Assembly (NCBI GenBank): GCA_039590285.1
Contig: JBDHFS010000002.1
Location: forward strand, 1 to 40,419
Length of the DNA: 40,419 nucleotides
Source of the DNA: Gemmatimonadota bacterium
GTDB lineage: Bacteria; Gemmatimonadota; Gemmatimonadetes; Palauibacterales; Palauibacteraceae
Reading direction: 5' to 3'
In this document: piece after piece, positions 32,283-40,419 of the stretch
How positions within the stretch are numbered: the stretch's first letter is position 1
Layout of the letters: each line of letters opens with the position of its first letter
Made by a program: the position numbers and the translations under genes
Notes under the pieces: model-generated
What the model was told of the DNA's origin: nothing
What the model saw: the letters and a program-made list of their open reading frames with translations, nothing else
Database searches by the model: none

Positions 32283-33427
32283 ACGATGTGGACAGGACGG
32301 CGGTCATTGCCGGAGCGGCCAGACTGCCGACGGGCCGATTCATGGGAGGCCTGTCCTCCCTGACGGCAGTCGAGCTCGGAGCCCGGGCGATCGCCGGCGT
32401 AGTGGAGCGCTCAGGAGTCGCGCCGGAGGACATCGAAGACGTGATCATGGGCAACGTCGTGCAGGCCGGTGTCGGGCAGGCTCCGGCTCGGCAGGCCGCC
32501 ATAGGGGCCGGCCTTCCGGAGACCATCCCCGCGGTCACGATCAACAAGGTGTGCGGATCCGGACTCAAGGCCGTGATGCTGGCGTCGCAGGCCATAAGGG
32601 TGGGGGACATCCAGGTCGCCGTGGCCGGCGGCATGGAATCGATGTCCAGCGCGCCCTATCTGGTCCGAGGCTATCGAACAGGGGTCAAGTTCGGCGACCG
32701 ATCGATGGTCGATGCGCTCATCCACGACGGGCTGTGGTGCTCGTTCGGTCAGTGCCACATGGGTGGGCACGCCGAGTACACGGCCTGGAAGGCGGGAGTG
32801 AGCCGGGAAGATCAGGACCGGTTCGCCTACGAGAGCCACATGAAGGCAGTGGCCGCGATCGACGGCGGTGGTTTTTCGGCCGAGCTGATTCCGGTCGAGA
32901 TCGTGAGCCGGAAGAGTACGACGGTCGTCGATACGGACGAGCCGCCTCCCGAGGTAACCGAGCACTCGGTGACCGCGGGCAACGCTCCGGGCCTGAACGA
33001 CGGTGCAGCCGCTACTGTTGTAACTTCAGAGGCTTACGCTCGCGCCAACGGCCTGGACATTCTCGGCCGGGTCACGGCATATTCGGTCGGTGCGACGGCT
33101 CCGCGCGACCTTTTCTTCGCCCCTGTGGATGCCGTGCGCAAACTGATGGATAAGGAAGGCACCGAGATCGCCGACTATGGCCTAATAGAGGCCAACGAGG
33201 CCTTCGCCGTGCAGGCCATAGCGGACGCGAGAGAACTCGGAATGGACATGGATCGCATCAACGTCCGGGGCGGAGCAATCGCGCTCGGACACCCTATCGG
33301 AGCTTCGGGAGCCAGGATCCTGACGACCCTCCTGTACGCGATGCGCGATCGGGATGTGGACAAGGGCCTGGCCACGCTGTGTCTGGGAGGGGGCAACGCG
33401 GTAGCCCTGAGTGTGGAGAGAGTATGA
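32279..33427 (+). CDS. Acetyl-CoA C-acetyltransferase (thiolase II)
   Basis: NKVCGSGLKAVMLA (nucleophilic Cys), NEAFAVQ, GGAIALGHPIGASGARIL and LCLGGGNAVAL. ATGA overlap with the upstream stop. Confidence 0.93.
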   Translation: MNDVDRTAVIAGAARLPTGRFMGGLSSLTAVELGARAIAGVVERSGVAPEDIEDVIMGNVVQAGVGQAPARQAAIGAGLPETIPAVTINKVCGSGLKAVMLASQAIRVGDIQVAVAGGMESMSSAPYLVRGYRTGVKFGDRSMVDALIHDGLWCSFGQCHMGGHAEYTAWKAGVSREDQDRFAYESHMKAVAAIDGGGFSAELIPVEIVSRKSTTVVDTDEPPPEVTEHSVTAGNAPGLNDGAAATVVTSEAYARANGLDILGRVTAYSVGATAPRDLFFAPVDAVRKLMDKEGTEIADYGLIEANEAFAVQAIADARELGMDMDRINVRGGAIALGHPIGASGARILTTLLYAMRDRDVDKGLATLCLGGGNAVALSVERV

Positions 33428-34005
33428 GTGGAAATCCAGCCCGTACCGTGACAGCGGAGCTCGTCGGGGAGCGTACGAGGCTCTCCAGTGCCGGAAGGCT
33501 GCTGGCCGTTGCGGGGTTTGCCGCGCTGACGGCGCTGGCCGCCCGCTTGAGCGTCCCGCTTCCGGGCATGGCAGTTCCCATGACCCTTCAGCCGGCGGCG
33601 GTGCTGCTGGCCGGCGCACTTTTGGGCTCCAGGGCGGGTGCGGCATCGCAGGTCGTCTACCTCGCGGCCGGACTGGTCGGCCTTCCGGTATTCGCGGCCG
33701 GGGGCGGTGCCGCCTATCTGTTGGGACCGACGGGCGGGTACCTGCTCGCCTTCCCGCTCGCCGCCGCCGTGGCCGGCCGGGCGTGCGGACACAGGCAGGG
33801 TCTGCTCGCCTCGGGGGGCTGGCTGATCGCCGCCCTGGCCATGATTCATGCCGGTGGACTTTCCTGGCTGTGGATTCTGGGAGGTTCTGATCTCGCCCGT
33901 TCCGTGGGAGTGATGACGTTCCTGTTGGGAGACGTCCTGAAGGTGATGCTCGTGCTGGCGATCGTCCGCGGTCTGCGAGCCGCTCGGACGCCGCCCACGG
34001 TCTGA
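33424..34005 (+). CDS. bioY: BioY-family biotin transporter S-component
   Basis: VPMTLQPAAVLLAGALLGSRAGAASQVVYLAAGLVGLPVFAAGGG and LLGPTGGYLLAFPLAA. ATGA overlap with the thiolase stop. Confidence 0.85.
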   Translation: MSGNPARTVTAELVGERTRLSSAGRLLAVAGFAALTALAARLSVPLPGMAVPMTLQPAAVLLAGALLGSRAGAASQVVYLAAGLVGLPVFAAGGGAAYLLGPTGGYLLAFPLAAAVAGRACGHRQGLLASGGWLIAALAMIHAGGLSWLWILGGSDLARSVGVMTFLLGDVLKVMLVLAIVRGLRAARTPPTV

Positions 34006-34024
34006 CCGCGGGATCGTCCCCAAC

Positions 34025-35020
34025 ATGAGGACCGGAGGCGACCCGCGGGAGGGACATTCCGCGGCGCCTCCACCTCGAACCGGATCGACACGCCCCGCCT
34101 GGGGGTGGCGTCTCGCGGCGTACACGACGCTCCTGTTACTCCTGACGGCGAGTTTCCAGGTCGCGGCCATCGCCGTGGCAGGATCGAATGCGGCGACGGG
34201 GCTCACGTTGTGGGGAGTCGGTCCGGCCTTTCTCGCGGCACTCCTCGTGAGCTGGGTCATGATGTCCGGGGTGGAGTCGAGATCGCCCGCCGCTCTCGGT
34301 CTGGTTGCGGGGCGTCGGGGGGCCACGGACTTCTTCCGCGGCTGCCTCGTAGGGACCGCGCTCGTGGGGTCGGTTGGAGTGACCATGGCCGCCGCGGGCT
34401 GGTTGGGCGTAGGCCTGGCGTGGCCCGGCGGAAGGGAGGTCCTGCAGTCAGGTGCCCATGTTACTGTGTTCTTATTACTTGCGGCGTTCCTGGAGGAAAT
34501 CGCCGTGCGCGGATATCCGTTCCAGGTTCTTGCGGAGGCCCTGGGGCCCGGAGTGGCCGTGGTCGCCACCTCGATCGTTTTCGCGGTCCTCCACGGGGCC
34601 AATCCGGGCGTGGGTTGGACCGCGATCTGGAACACGTTTCTGGCCGGAATCTTGCTCGGAATCATGTACTGGAAAACGATGAGTCTCTGGCTCGTAACCG
34701 GAGCTCACTTCACCTGGAACTGGACCATGGGTGTCGCCGCCGGGATGCCCGTCAGCGGTCTGGATCTAGGTGTGTCCGGCGTGGAGTCGACGGTGCGCGG
34801 TCCCGAGCTTCTGACGGGTGGAGCGTACGGCCCCGAGGGAGGGTGGCTCCTCGCCACGGCCACGCTGGCGGCGATAATCTGGGCGGCTAGCACCCCCCGG
34901 CTGTCCCGAGACCCCGCTGTGTTGGCGCTCCGGCCGCTGCCGGTGCGCCGTTTGCGGGGGTCGGAAGTTTCGAACCCAGGCGTCCGGACTTCCGTTCACA
35001 CCGTATCGGAGGCGAAATGA
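34025..35020 (+). CDS. CPBP-family intramembrane glutamic endopeptidase (CAAX protease/Abi-like)
   Basis: All three CPBP motifs are present: EEIAVRG (EExxxR), FAVLHG (FxxxH) and HFTWNW (HxxxN). The protein is polytopic. Confidence 0.85.
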   Translation: MRTGGDPREGHSAAPPPRTGSTRPAWGWRLAAYTTLLLLLTASFQVAAIAVAGSNAATGLTLWGVGPAFLAALLVSWVMMSGVESRSPAALGLVAGRRGATDFFRGCLVGTALVGSVGVTMAAAGWLGVGLAWPGGREVLQSGAHVTVFLLLAAFLEEIAVRGYPFQVLAEALGPGVAVVATSIVFAVLHGANPGVGWTAIWNTFLAGILLGIMYWKTMSLWLVTGAHFTWNWTMGVAAGMPVSGLDLGVSGVESTVRGPELLTGGAYGPEGGWLLATATLAAIIWAASTPRLSRDPAVLALRPLPVRRLRGSEVSNPGVRTSVHTVSEAK

Positions 35021-35883
35021 ACGCGAATCAACTGGAGGCTGTGGGGGTCGTCGGCACAGGGACTATGGGCAATGGAATAGCCCACGTTTTTGCGCTGGCG
35101 GGCATCGAGGTCCGGCTGGTGGATGCGGTGCCCGAAGCGCTCGATGGCGCCCGGGCGAGGATCGAGAAGAATCTGAGTCGGCAGCTCTCGAAGGGTCGGA
35201 TTGACGCGGCCGGAGTGCGGGCTGCCCTCGAGCGGGTCCAGACGGCGACCGAGATCGAAGCCGTCGGAGGTCTACCGCTGGTGGTGGAGGCGGTTCCCGA
35301 GAATCGCGACCTGAAGCTCGAGATCTTCAGCCGTCTGGATGAAGTGTGCGCGGACGATGTGATACTGGCGTCAAACACGAGCTCCATATCGATAACCGAG
35401 ATCGCCGCGGCCGTGAGTCGGCCACAGCGTTTCATCGGAATGCACTTCATGAACCCGGTTCCCGTAATGCAGCTCGTCGAGGTCATTCGTGGCCTCGAGA
35501 CCGATGATGCCACCACCGAACTCACGCTGGCCCTGTGTGAGAGGGTGGGGAAGACGCCGGTGGAGGTCAACGACTTCCCGGGTTTCGTGTCCAACCGCAT
35601 ACTGATGCCGATGATCAACGAGGCCGTCTATTGCCTGATGGAGGGGGTGGCGGAGCCGGAAGCGATCGACACAGTCATGAAGCTCGGAATGAATCATCCG
35701 ATGGGACCGCTGGCCCTGGCCGACCTGATCGGCCTGGACACATGTCTGTTCATCCTGCGTGTCCTGCACCGCGACCTGGGCGACTCGAAGTACCGCCCAT
35801 GTCCGTTGCTTGCCAAGTACGTGGCCGCTGGCCGGCTGGGGCGGAAGTCGGGACGCGGCTTCTACGAGTACGGCGATGCGTAG
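35017..35883 (+). CDS. hbd: 3-hydroxybutyryl-CoA / 3-hydroxyacyl-CoA dehydrogenase
   Basis: [42 protein letters not shown] and [15 protein letters not shown] overlap with the CPBP stop. Confidence 0.93.
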   Translation: MNANQLEAVGVVGTGTMGNGIAHVFALAGIEVRLVDAVPEALDGARARIEKNLSRQLSKGRIDAAGVRAALERVQTATEIEAVGGLPLVVEAVPENRDLKLEIFSRLDEVCADDVILASNTSSISITEIAAAVSRPQRFIGMHFMNPVPVMQLVEVIRGLETDDATTELTLALCERVGKTPVEVNDFPGFVSNRILMPMINEAVYCLMEGVAEPEAIDTVMKLGMNHPMGPLALADLIGLDTCLFILRVLHRDLGDSKYRPCPLLAKYVAAGRLGRKSGRGFYEYGDA

Positions 35884-37063
35884 ATCCTTTCTCGGGGCGC
35901 GCCTTACCGACGAGCAACGCGAGATCCTGGGCCTGGCCCGTACCTTCGCCAAGAATGAGCTACGGCCTGGCGTCGAGGAGCGCGAAGAGAGGGAGGACTC
36001 CTTCGATCGAAGCCCCGTGGACCAGCTGGGCGAGCTGGGATTCCTGGGGATGCTCATTCCGGAGGAGTACGACGGACTCGGCCTCGACATGCTGACGTAC
36101 CTATACGTCCTCGAGGAGATCGCGTGGGGCGATCCGGCCGTCGCCGTATCGATGAGCGTGCACAACTCTCTTCCGACACAGACGCTTCTCAGGCACGGCA
36201 CGGACGTTCAGAAGGATCGCTGGCTGAGGCCCATGGCGCGCGGCGAGCTTCTCGGCGCGTTTTCGCTTTCGGAAGCCGATGCCGGCAGTGACGCCGCCGC
36301 GATCACCGCTCAGGCGGTGCGCGACGGCGACGGCTGGCGACTCGAGGGGTCGAAGATGTGGGTCACGAACGGCGCATCCGCCGACGTGATCCTGCTGATG
36401 GTGCGAACCGATGATCCCTCCGACCGTAAAGGGACGAGGGGGATCGGAGCGTTCCTCGTCCCGACGGACACGGAGGGATACATTCCCGGTAAGAAGGAGC
36501 GGAAGATGGGCCTGAGGGGGTCCGAGACGGTCGCGGTCACCCTTCAGGATCTGTATCTGGGTCCGGAGTACCTCATTGGAGAGCCGGGCCTCGGTTTCAA
36601 GTATGCCCTCGAAGCGCTGGAGGGCGGCCGGCTGGGTATCGCCGCACAGGCGATCGGTATCGCCGAGGCGGCCATGGACCATGCCCAGGAGTATGCGGAA
36701 CAGCGTGTCCAGTTTGGACGACCGATATCCGCCTTCCAGGGTGTTCAATTCAAGCTGGCCGACATGGCTACGCGTCTCGAGGCGTCCAGGGGCCTGCTGT
36801 ACAGGGCCGCATTGGCGTACGACGCTGGCGCAGCGCGTAAACGCAAGCTGTCGAGCATGGCAAAACTCCACGCCAGCGAGACCGCCATGTGGGTGACGCG
36901 GCAGGCGGTACAGATCTTCGGTGGCTACGGATACAGCCGGGAGTACCCGGTGGAGCGGTTGTTTCGCGACGCCAAAGTCACGGAGATCTACGAGGGGACC
37001 AGTGAAATCCACCGCACGATCATAGCGCGGGAACTGTATCTGGAGAGAGGAAACGACCAGTGA
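35876..37063 (+). CDS. Acyl-CoA dehydrogenase (short/branched-chain type)
   Basis: [55 protein letters not shown] (catalytic Glu). ATG 35876 overlaps the hbd end by 8 nt, and the start is uncertain by a few codons. Confidence 0.92.
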   Translation: MRRSFLGARLTDEQREILGLARTFAKNELRPGVEEREEREDSFDRSPVDQLGELGFLGMLIPEEYDGLGLDMLTYLYVLEEIAWGDPAVAVSMSVHNSLPTQTLLRHGTDVQKDRWLRPMARGELLGAFSLSEADAGSDAAAITAQAVRDGDGWRLEGSKMWVTNGASADVILLMVRTDDPSDRKGTRGIGAFLVPTDTEGYIPGKKERKMGLRGSETVAVTLQDLYLGPEYLIGEPGLGFKYALEALEGGRLGIAAQAIGIAEAAMDHAQEYAEQRVQFGRPISAFQGVQFKLADMATRLEASRGLLYRAALAYDAGAARKRKLSSMAKLHASETAMWVTRQAVQIFGGYGYSREYPVERLFRDAKVTEIYEGTSEIHRTIIARELYLERGNDQ

Positions 37064-38169
37064 GCACGGAAACCAGGATCGCGGATCAGGTCGTGGAGGC
37101 GCTGGACGGAAAGAGGGAGATCTTCGATCTCATGTCGGAGCACGACCACGAGCAGGTGGTGTTCACGTACGATCCGTCGAGCGGCTACAAGGGCATCATC
37201 GCGATACACAATACGGCGCTCGGGCCGGCTCTCGGGGGGACCCGTTTCTGGAACTACGACTCGGACTACGATGCGCTTATCGACGTGTTGCGGCTGTCCC
37301 GCGGCATGACATACAAGGCGGCGGTGGCCGGCCTGAATCTCGGGGGTGGGAAGGCCGTGATCATAGGCGACAACCGTACGGCTCAGCGCGAGATGATCAT
37401 GAGGGCACATGGCCGGGCGGTGGAGTCGATGGCTGGACGTTACTACACGGCCGAAGACGTCGGCACTTCCGTAGCCGACATGGACTACATCCACATGGAA
37501 ACCGAGCACGTGGTAGGAATGGCCGGTAAGTCGGGAGACCCCTCCCCCGTCACGGCCTACGGGACCTACCGGGGCATCAAGGCTTGCTCACTCAAGAGAT
37601 TCGGAAGTGCCGAGCTCGAGGACCGGTCGGTAGTGATCCAGGGCGCCGGGCACGTGGGCTACTACCTGGCCGAGGATCTGCGAAACGAGGGGGCCACCGT
37701 GTTCGTCGCCGATATCGACGCGGACCGGGTCCAACGCTGCGTCGACGAGCTTGGTTGCGAGGCCGTGAGCGTTGACGACGTCTACGATGTAGAGGCGGAC
37801 GTGTTCGCGCCGTGTGCGCTCGGGGCCATCCTCAATGATGAGACGATTCCGCGCCTCAGGGTCAGGATCGTCGCCGGGGCGGCCAATAATCAGCTCGCTA
37901 AGTCACGCCACGCGCGGATGCTCAAAGAGCACGACATTCTGTACGCACCGGACTACGTGATCAATGCGGGCGGCCTGATCAACGTGTACTCAGAGCTCGC
38001 CGGGTGGACCCTTGAGCGATCCAAGCGCAAGGCGGGTGAGATCTACTCAACCCTTCAGGCAATCTTCGAGCTGGCGGAGGCGGAAGGGATCACGAGCGCC
38101 AAGGCGGCCGACGAGGTGGCGCTGCGGCGCATCCGGGCCGTGACACAGCTTCACCGCACCTACGTGTAG
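37060..38169 (+). CDS. Leucine dehydrogenase (Glu/Leu/Phe/Val dehydrogenase family)
   Basis: [38 protein letters not shown] and the Rossmann motif [16 protein letters not shown] overlap with the acyl-CoA dehydrogenase stop. Confidence 0.9.
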   Translation: MSTETRIADQVVEALDGKREIFDLMSEHDHEQVVFTYDPSSGYKGIIAIHNTALGPALGGTRFWNYDSDYDALIDVLRLSRGMTYKAAVAGLNLGGGKAVIIGDNRTAQREMIMRAHGRAVESMAGRYYTAEDVGTSVADMDYIHMETEHVVGMAGKSGDPSPVTAYGTYRGIKACSLKRFGSAELEDRSVVIQGAGHVGYYLAEDLRNEGATVFVADIDADRVQRCVDELGCEAVSVDDVYDVEADVFAPCALGAILNDETIPRLRVRIVAGAANNQLAKSRHARMLKEHDILYAPDYVINAGGLINVYSELAGWTLERSKRKAGEIYSTLQAIFELAEAEGITSAKAADEVALRRIRAVTQLHRTYV

Positions 38170-38178
38170 AGAGAGCGC

Positions 38179-39492
38179 ATGACCCAGGATACGATCCGTC
38201 CGGGAAGGACAGACGTCGCCCCCTCCTACGACTACCTCGAGGCTGTCGACCCAGAGGTCTTTTCCGCGATTCAGGGCGAAGCGGCCAGGCAACGCGAGGG
38301 CCTCGAGCTGATCGCGAGCGAGAACTTCGTCTCAGGTGCGGTGCTGCAGGCGTTGGGGTCCGTGCTGACAAACAAGTACGCCGAAGGGTATCCGGGCAAG
38401 CGCTACTACGGCGGATGCGAGCAGGTGGACGTCTCGGAGAACCTGGCTCACGAGAGAGCGATGGCGATCTTCGGGGCGGACCATGCGAACGTTCAGCCGC
38501 ACAGCGGGGCCCAGGCCAACATGGCCGCGTACTTCGCGTTTCTGGAGCCGGGTGACAAGGTCCTGGGTATGGACCTGTCGCACGGAGGACACCTGACGCA
38601 CGGGTCGCCGGTGAACTTCAGCGGTCGCCTCTACGACTTCGTCGCATACGGCGTTCGTGAGGAAGATGGCCTCGTCGATATGGAGGCGCTCGCGGCGCTC
38701 GCGAGGCGGGAAGAGCCTCGCATGATCGTGGCGGGTGCCAGCGCCTACCCCCGGATCCTGCCGTTCGAGAAGTTCGCGGAGATCGCTCGCGAAGTAGGGG
38801 CGCTGTTGCTGGTGGATATGGCTCATATTGCGGGTCTGGTCGCGGCGGGCGTGCACCCGTCGCCCGTACCTTGGTCTGACGTCGTCACCACGACGACTCA
38901 CAAGACGCTTCGCGGTCCCCGAGGCGGACTCATTCTGTGCCGGGAGGAGCATGCCAGGGCGATCGACAAGGCCGTGTTCCCCGGCATGCAGGGTGGTCCA
39001 CTCGAGCACGTCATCGCGGCCAAGGCCGTGGCGCTCCACGAGGCTCAGTCCGAGTCGTTCCGACGTTATGCCGAGCGAGTGGTCGAAAACGCGCGTGTCC
39101 TGGCGGACGGCTTGATGCGGAGAGGTTGGAAGCTGGTCTCCGACGGAACGGATACGCATCTACTCCTGTTGGATCTCCGCCACACCCAGCTGTCTGGCAA
39201 GGACGCGGAGGATTCTCTGGGTGAAGCCGAAATCACCGTTAACAAAAACACGGTGCCCGGGGAAACGCGGTCTCCGTTCGTTACCTCCGGGATTCGGATA
39301 GGCACCCCGGCGCTGACCACGCGGGGAATGGGCCCGGCGGAGATGAGCGAAGTGGCCGACATGATTCACAGAGTGCTCGACGGCGCCGGCTCGGAGCCGG
39401 AGATCGCACGCGTTCGGGAGGACGTGCTCGCGCTGGCGGGTGCCTTCCCGCTCGTGGCCGGTCCGGAGGTCGGAGCCCCCGGGGTTGCGTGA
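38179..39492 (+). CDS. glyA: Serine hydroxymethyltransferase
   Basis: [37 protein letters not shown] and the PLP-lysine block [14 protein letters not shown]. Confidence 0.96.
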   Translation: MTQDTIRPGRTDVAPSYDYLEAVDPEVFSAIQGEAARQREGLELIASENFVSGAVLQALGSVLTNKYAEGYPGKRYYGGCEQVDVSENLAHERAMAIFGADHANVQPHSGAQANMAAYFAFLEPGDKVLGMDLSHGGHLTHGSPVNFSGRLYDFVAYGVREEDGLVDMEALAALARREEPRMIVAGASAYPRILPFEKFAEIAREVGALLLVDMAHIAGLVAAGVHPSPVPWSDVVTTTTHKTLRGPRGGLILCREEHARAIDKAVFPGMQGGPLEHVIAAKAVALHEAQSESFRRYAERVVENARVLADGLMRRGWKLVSDGTDTHLLLLDLRHTQLSGKDAEDSLGEAEITVNKNTVPGETRSPFVTSGIRIGTPALTTRGMGPAEMSEVADMIHRVLDGAGSEPEIARVREDVLALAGAFPLVAGPEVGAPGVA

Positions 39493-39532
39493 CACGGAGG
39501 GCCCCACGCCCCGCTCCCGGGGAGCCGGAGCG

Positions 39533-40168
39533 GTGACGAACGTTCCGAAGCTCAGGGTCCCCGTCGGGTTTGCGGAGGCCGAGCTTCGGGTCAGAGGATC
39601 AAGGTTCATCGGGGTAGCGCACCCGATCTCCCGGTTGGAACAGGCGCTCTCGCATCGCGACGCTGAACGACGCCGCTTCCACGGCGCCACCCACCACGTA
39701 ATTGGCGCGCGCCTGGTCGACGGAGAGTGTCGACTGGACGACGATGGAGAGCCGTCCGGCACGGGAGGCCGCCCTGTTCTGCGCGCTATCGAGAGCGCGG
39801 TTCTGCACGACATCGTGGTGGTCGTGACACGATACTTCGGTGGTACGAAGCTGGGGACCGGTGGCCTGGGCAGGGCGTACGGATCGGCGGCCGCGAAGGT
39901 CCTGGCCCTGACGCCGTGCCGCACCGTTGTGCGTGGGCGACGAGTCCGAGTGAGCTATGACTACGAAGATACGGGTGCGATTTCGCGGTTGTTGGACGCG
40001 ATGGGCGCGGCGCGTCTGGGCGAGATGTACGAGGAGCGAGCGGATCTCGAGGTAGCGGTGGCCGAAGAGCGGGTCGACGCTTTCTGCCGAGAAGTCGCGG
40101 AGGCTACGTCGGGCCGGGCGACGGCGGTAGCGCTATCAGACCGAATGTTGCTTCCGGTCGACACTTGA
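39533..40168 (+). CDS. yigZ: YigZ/IMPACT-family protein (UPF0029)
   Basis: RGSRFIGVAHPI, ATHHVIGARL, DDDGEPSGTGGRPVL and VVVTRYFGGTKLGTGGLGRAYG. I chose GTG 39533 because it lies after the glyA stop. The track start 39440 overlaps glyA. Confidence 0.85.
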   Translation: MTNVPKLRVPVGFAEAELRVRGSRFIGVAHPISRLEQALSHRDAERRRFHGATHHVIGARLVDGECRLDDDGEPSGTGGRPVLRAIESAVLHDIVVVVTRYFGGTKLGTGGLGRAYGSAAAKVLALTPCRTVVRGRRVRVSYDYEDTGAISRLLDAMGAARLGEMYEERADLEVAVAEERVDAFCREVAEATSGRATAVALSDRMLLPVDT

Positions 40169-40276
40169 CTCTCTTTTCTCGTGATTTCTACATTCACGGG
40201 GCCCGCGAGGAGCCAGTCGGACTTTGGAGGCTCCACGATATCGTGCGACGTCTGTCACAACGGCTACGTGGCGAGC

Positions 40277-40419
40277 ATGGAAGTAACTGAGCTCCAAGAG
40301 ACACTCGGCCAGCTTCAGAGGCGCAATCCACGCTTTGCTGTGGCGGCCTACCTGTTCGTTCTGGGCGGTCTGCACCGCAGACTGGGTGAGCTCGATCAGC
40401 CGCGCCACATCTCGGGTCC
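40277..40419 (+). CDS. 5' end of a gene running off the window (hypothetical; MEVTELQETLGQLQRRNPRFAVAAYLFVLGGLHRRLGELDQPRHISG...)
   Basis: This frame is open to the window end, so it is absent from the track, which lists only complete ORFs. In-frame alternative starts are GTG 40268 and GTG 40181. I have a vague memory of a conserved hypothetical family with (A/E)AY.FV....... and RH(I/V)SG, unverified. Confidence 0.4.
   Translation, partial: MEVTELQETLGQLQRRNPRFAVAAYLFVLGGLHRRLGELDQPRHISG

Noticed and set aside
33175-34665. 496-aa ORF antisense to the thiolase 3' end, bioY and the CPBP gene (also 33182..34057)
   Set aside because: The composition is low-complexity and Arg/Pro-rich. The + strand genes carry clear family motifs.
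40136-40408. 90-aa minus-strand ORF at the right edge
   Set aside because: It overlaps the yigZ 3' end and matches no family. The + strand frame opposite it is open to the window end and reads like a genuine N-terminus, so I prefer the + strand partial CDS, still with low confidence.
1-40419. Search by eye for CRISPR arrays, tRNA/rRNA genes, IS elements, integrases, toxin-antitoxin pairs or defence-system hallmarks
   Set aside because: I found none. All intergenic gaps are at most ~300 bp and show no spaced direct-repeat arrays or cloverleaf-like sequences. A proper tRNAscan/Infernal/IS search was not possible here.

Overview
Densely coding chromosomal segment from a high-GC bacterium (roughly two-thirds G+C by eye; phylum not determinable without a search). 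I found no rRNA, tRNA, CRISPR array, IS element, integrase or phage-like gene. The content is mostly core metabolism and housekeeping. Left 14 kb, mixed orientation: a class-V aminotransferase (cysteine desulfurase-like), asnA, a Cys-type sulfatase lipoprotein, a minus-strand pentose-phosphate operon (tkt-rpiB-fused tal/pgi), glgB and one orphan gene. From 14456 to the window end, about 28 genes all lie on the + strand and are very tightly packed, with many ATGA/GTGA/TGATG start-stop overlaps: rsmE, HIT, mutS2, dnaG, COG1579 zinc-ribbon, recJ, rsmD, coaD, pta, a STAS protein plus a large fused kinase/phosphatase, rsmA(ksgA), rex, arcA, a DEDDh exonuclease, an MBL hydrolase, an NTF2-like protein, thiolase, bioY, a CPBP protease, hbd, acyl-CoA dehydrogenase, leucine dehydrogenase, glyA and yigZ. 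I do not see a convincing novel multi-gene system such as a defence island or biosynthetic cluster. The pieces most worth a second look are: (1) a partner-switching module in which one 802-aa protein carries a degenerate receiver, an RsbW-type kinase, a GAF domain and a PP2C phosphatase next to its presumed STAS substrate, with no sigma factor nearby; (2) a near-consensus Rex operator and sigma70-like promoter in front of rex, which is translationally coupled to an orphan arginine deiminase, an exonuclease and an MBL hydrolase; (3) a duplicated coding tail that continues in frame past two stop codons after a membrane-protein gene; (4) an orphan gene whose leader has one anti-SD and two SD-like repeats; (5) an apparent in-frame deletion in the thiolase loop region. 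Most long antisense or N-terminally extended ORFs in the supplied track look like high-GC artefacts.
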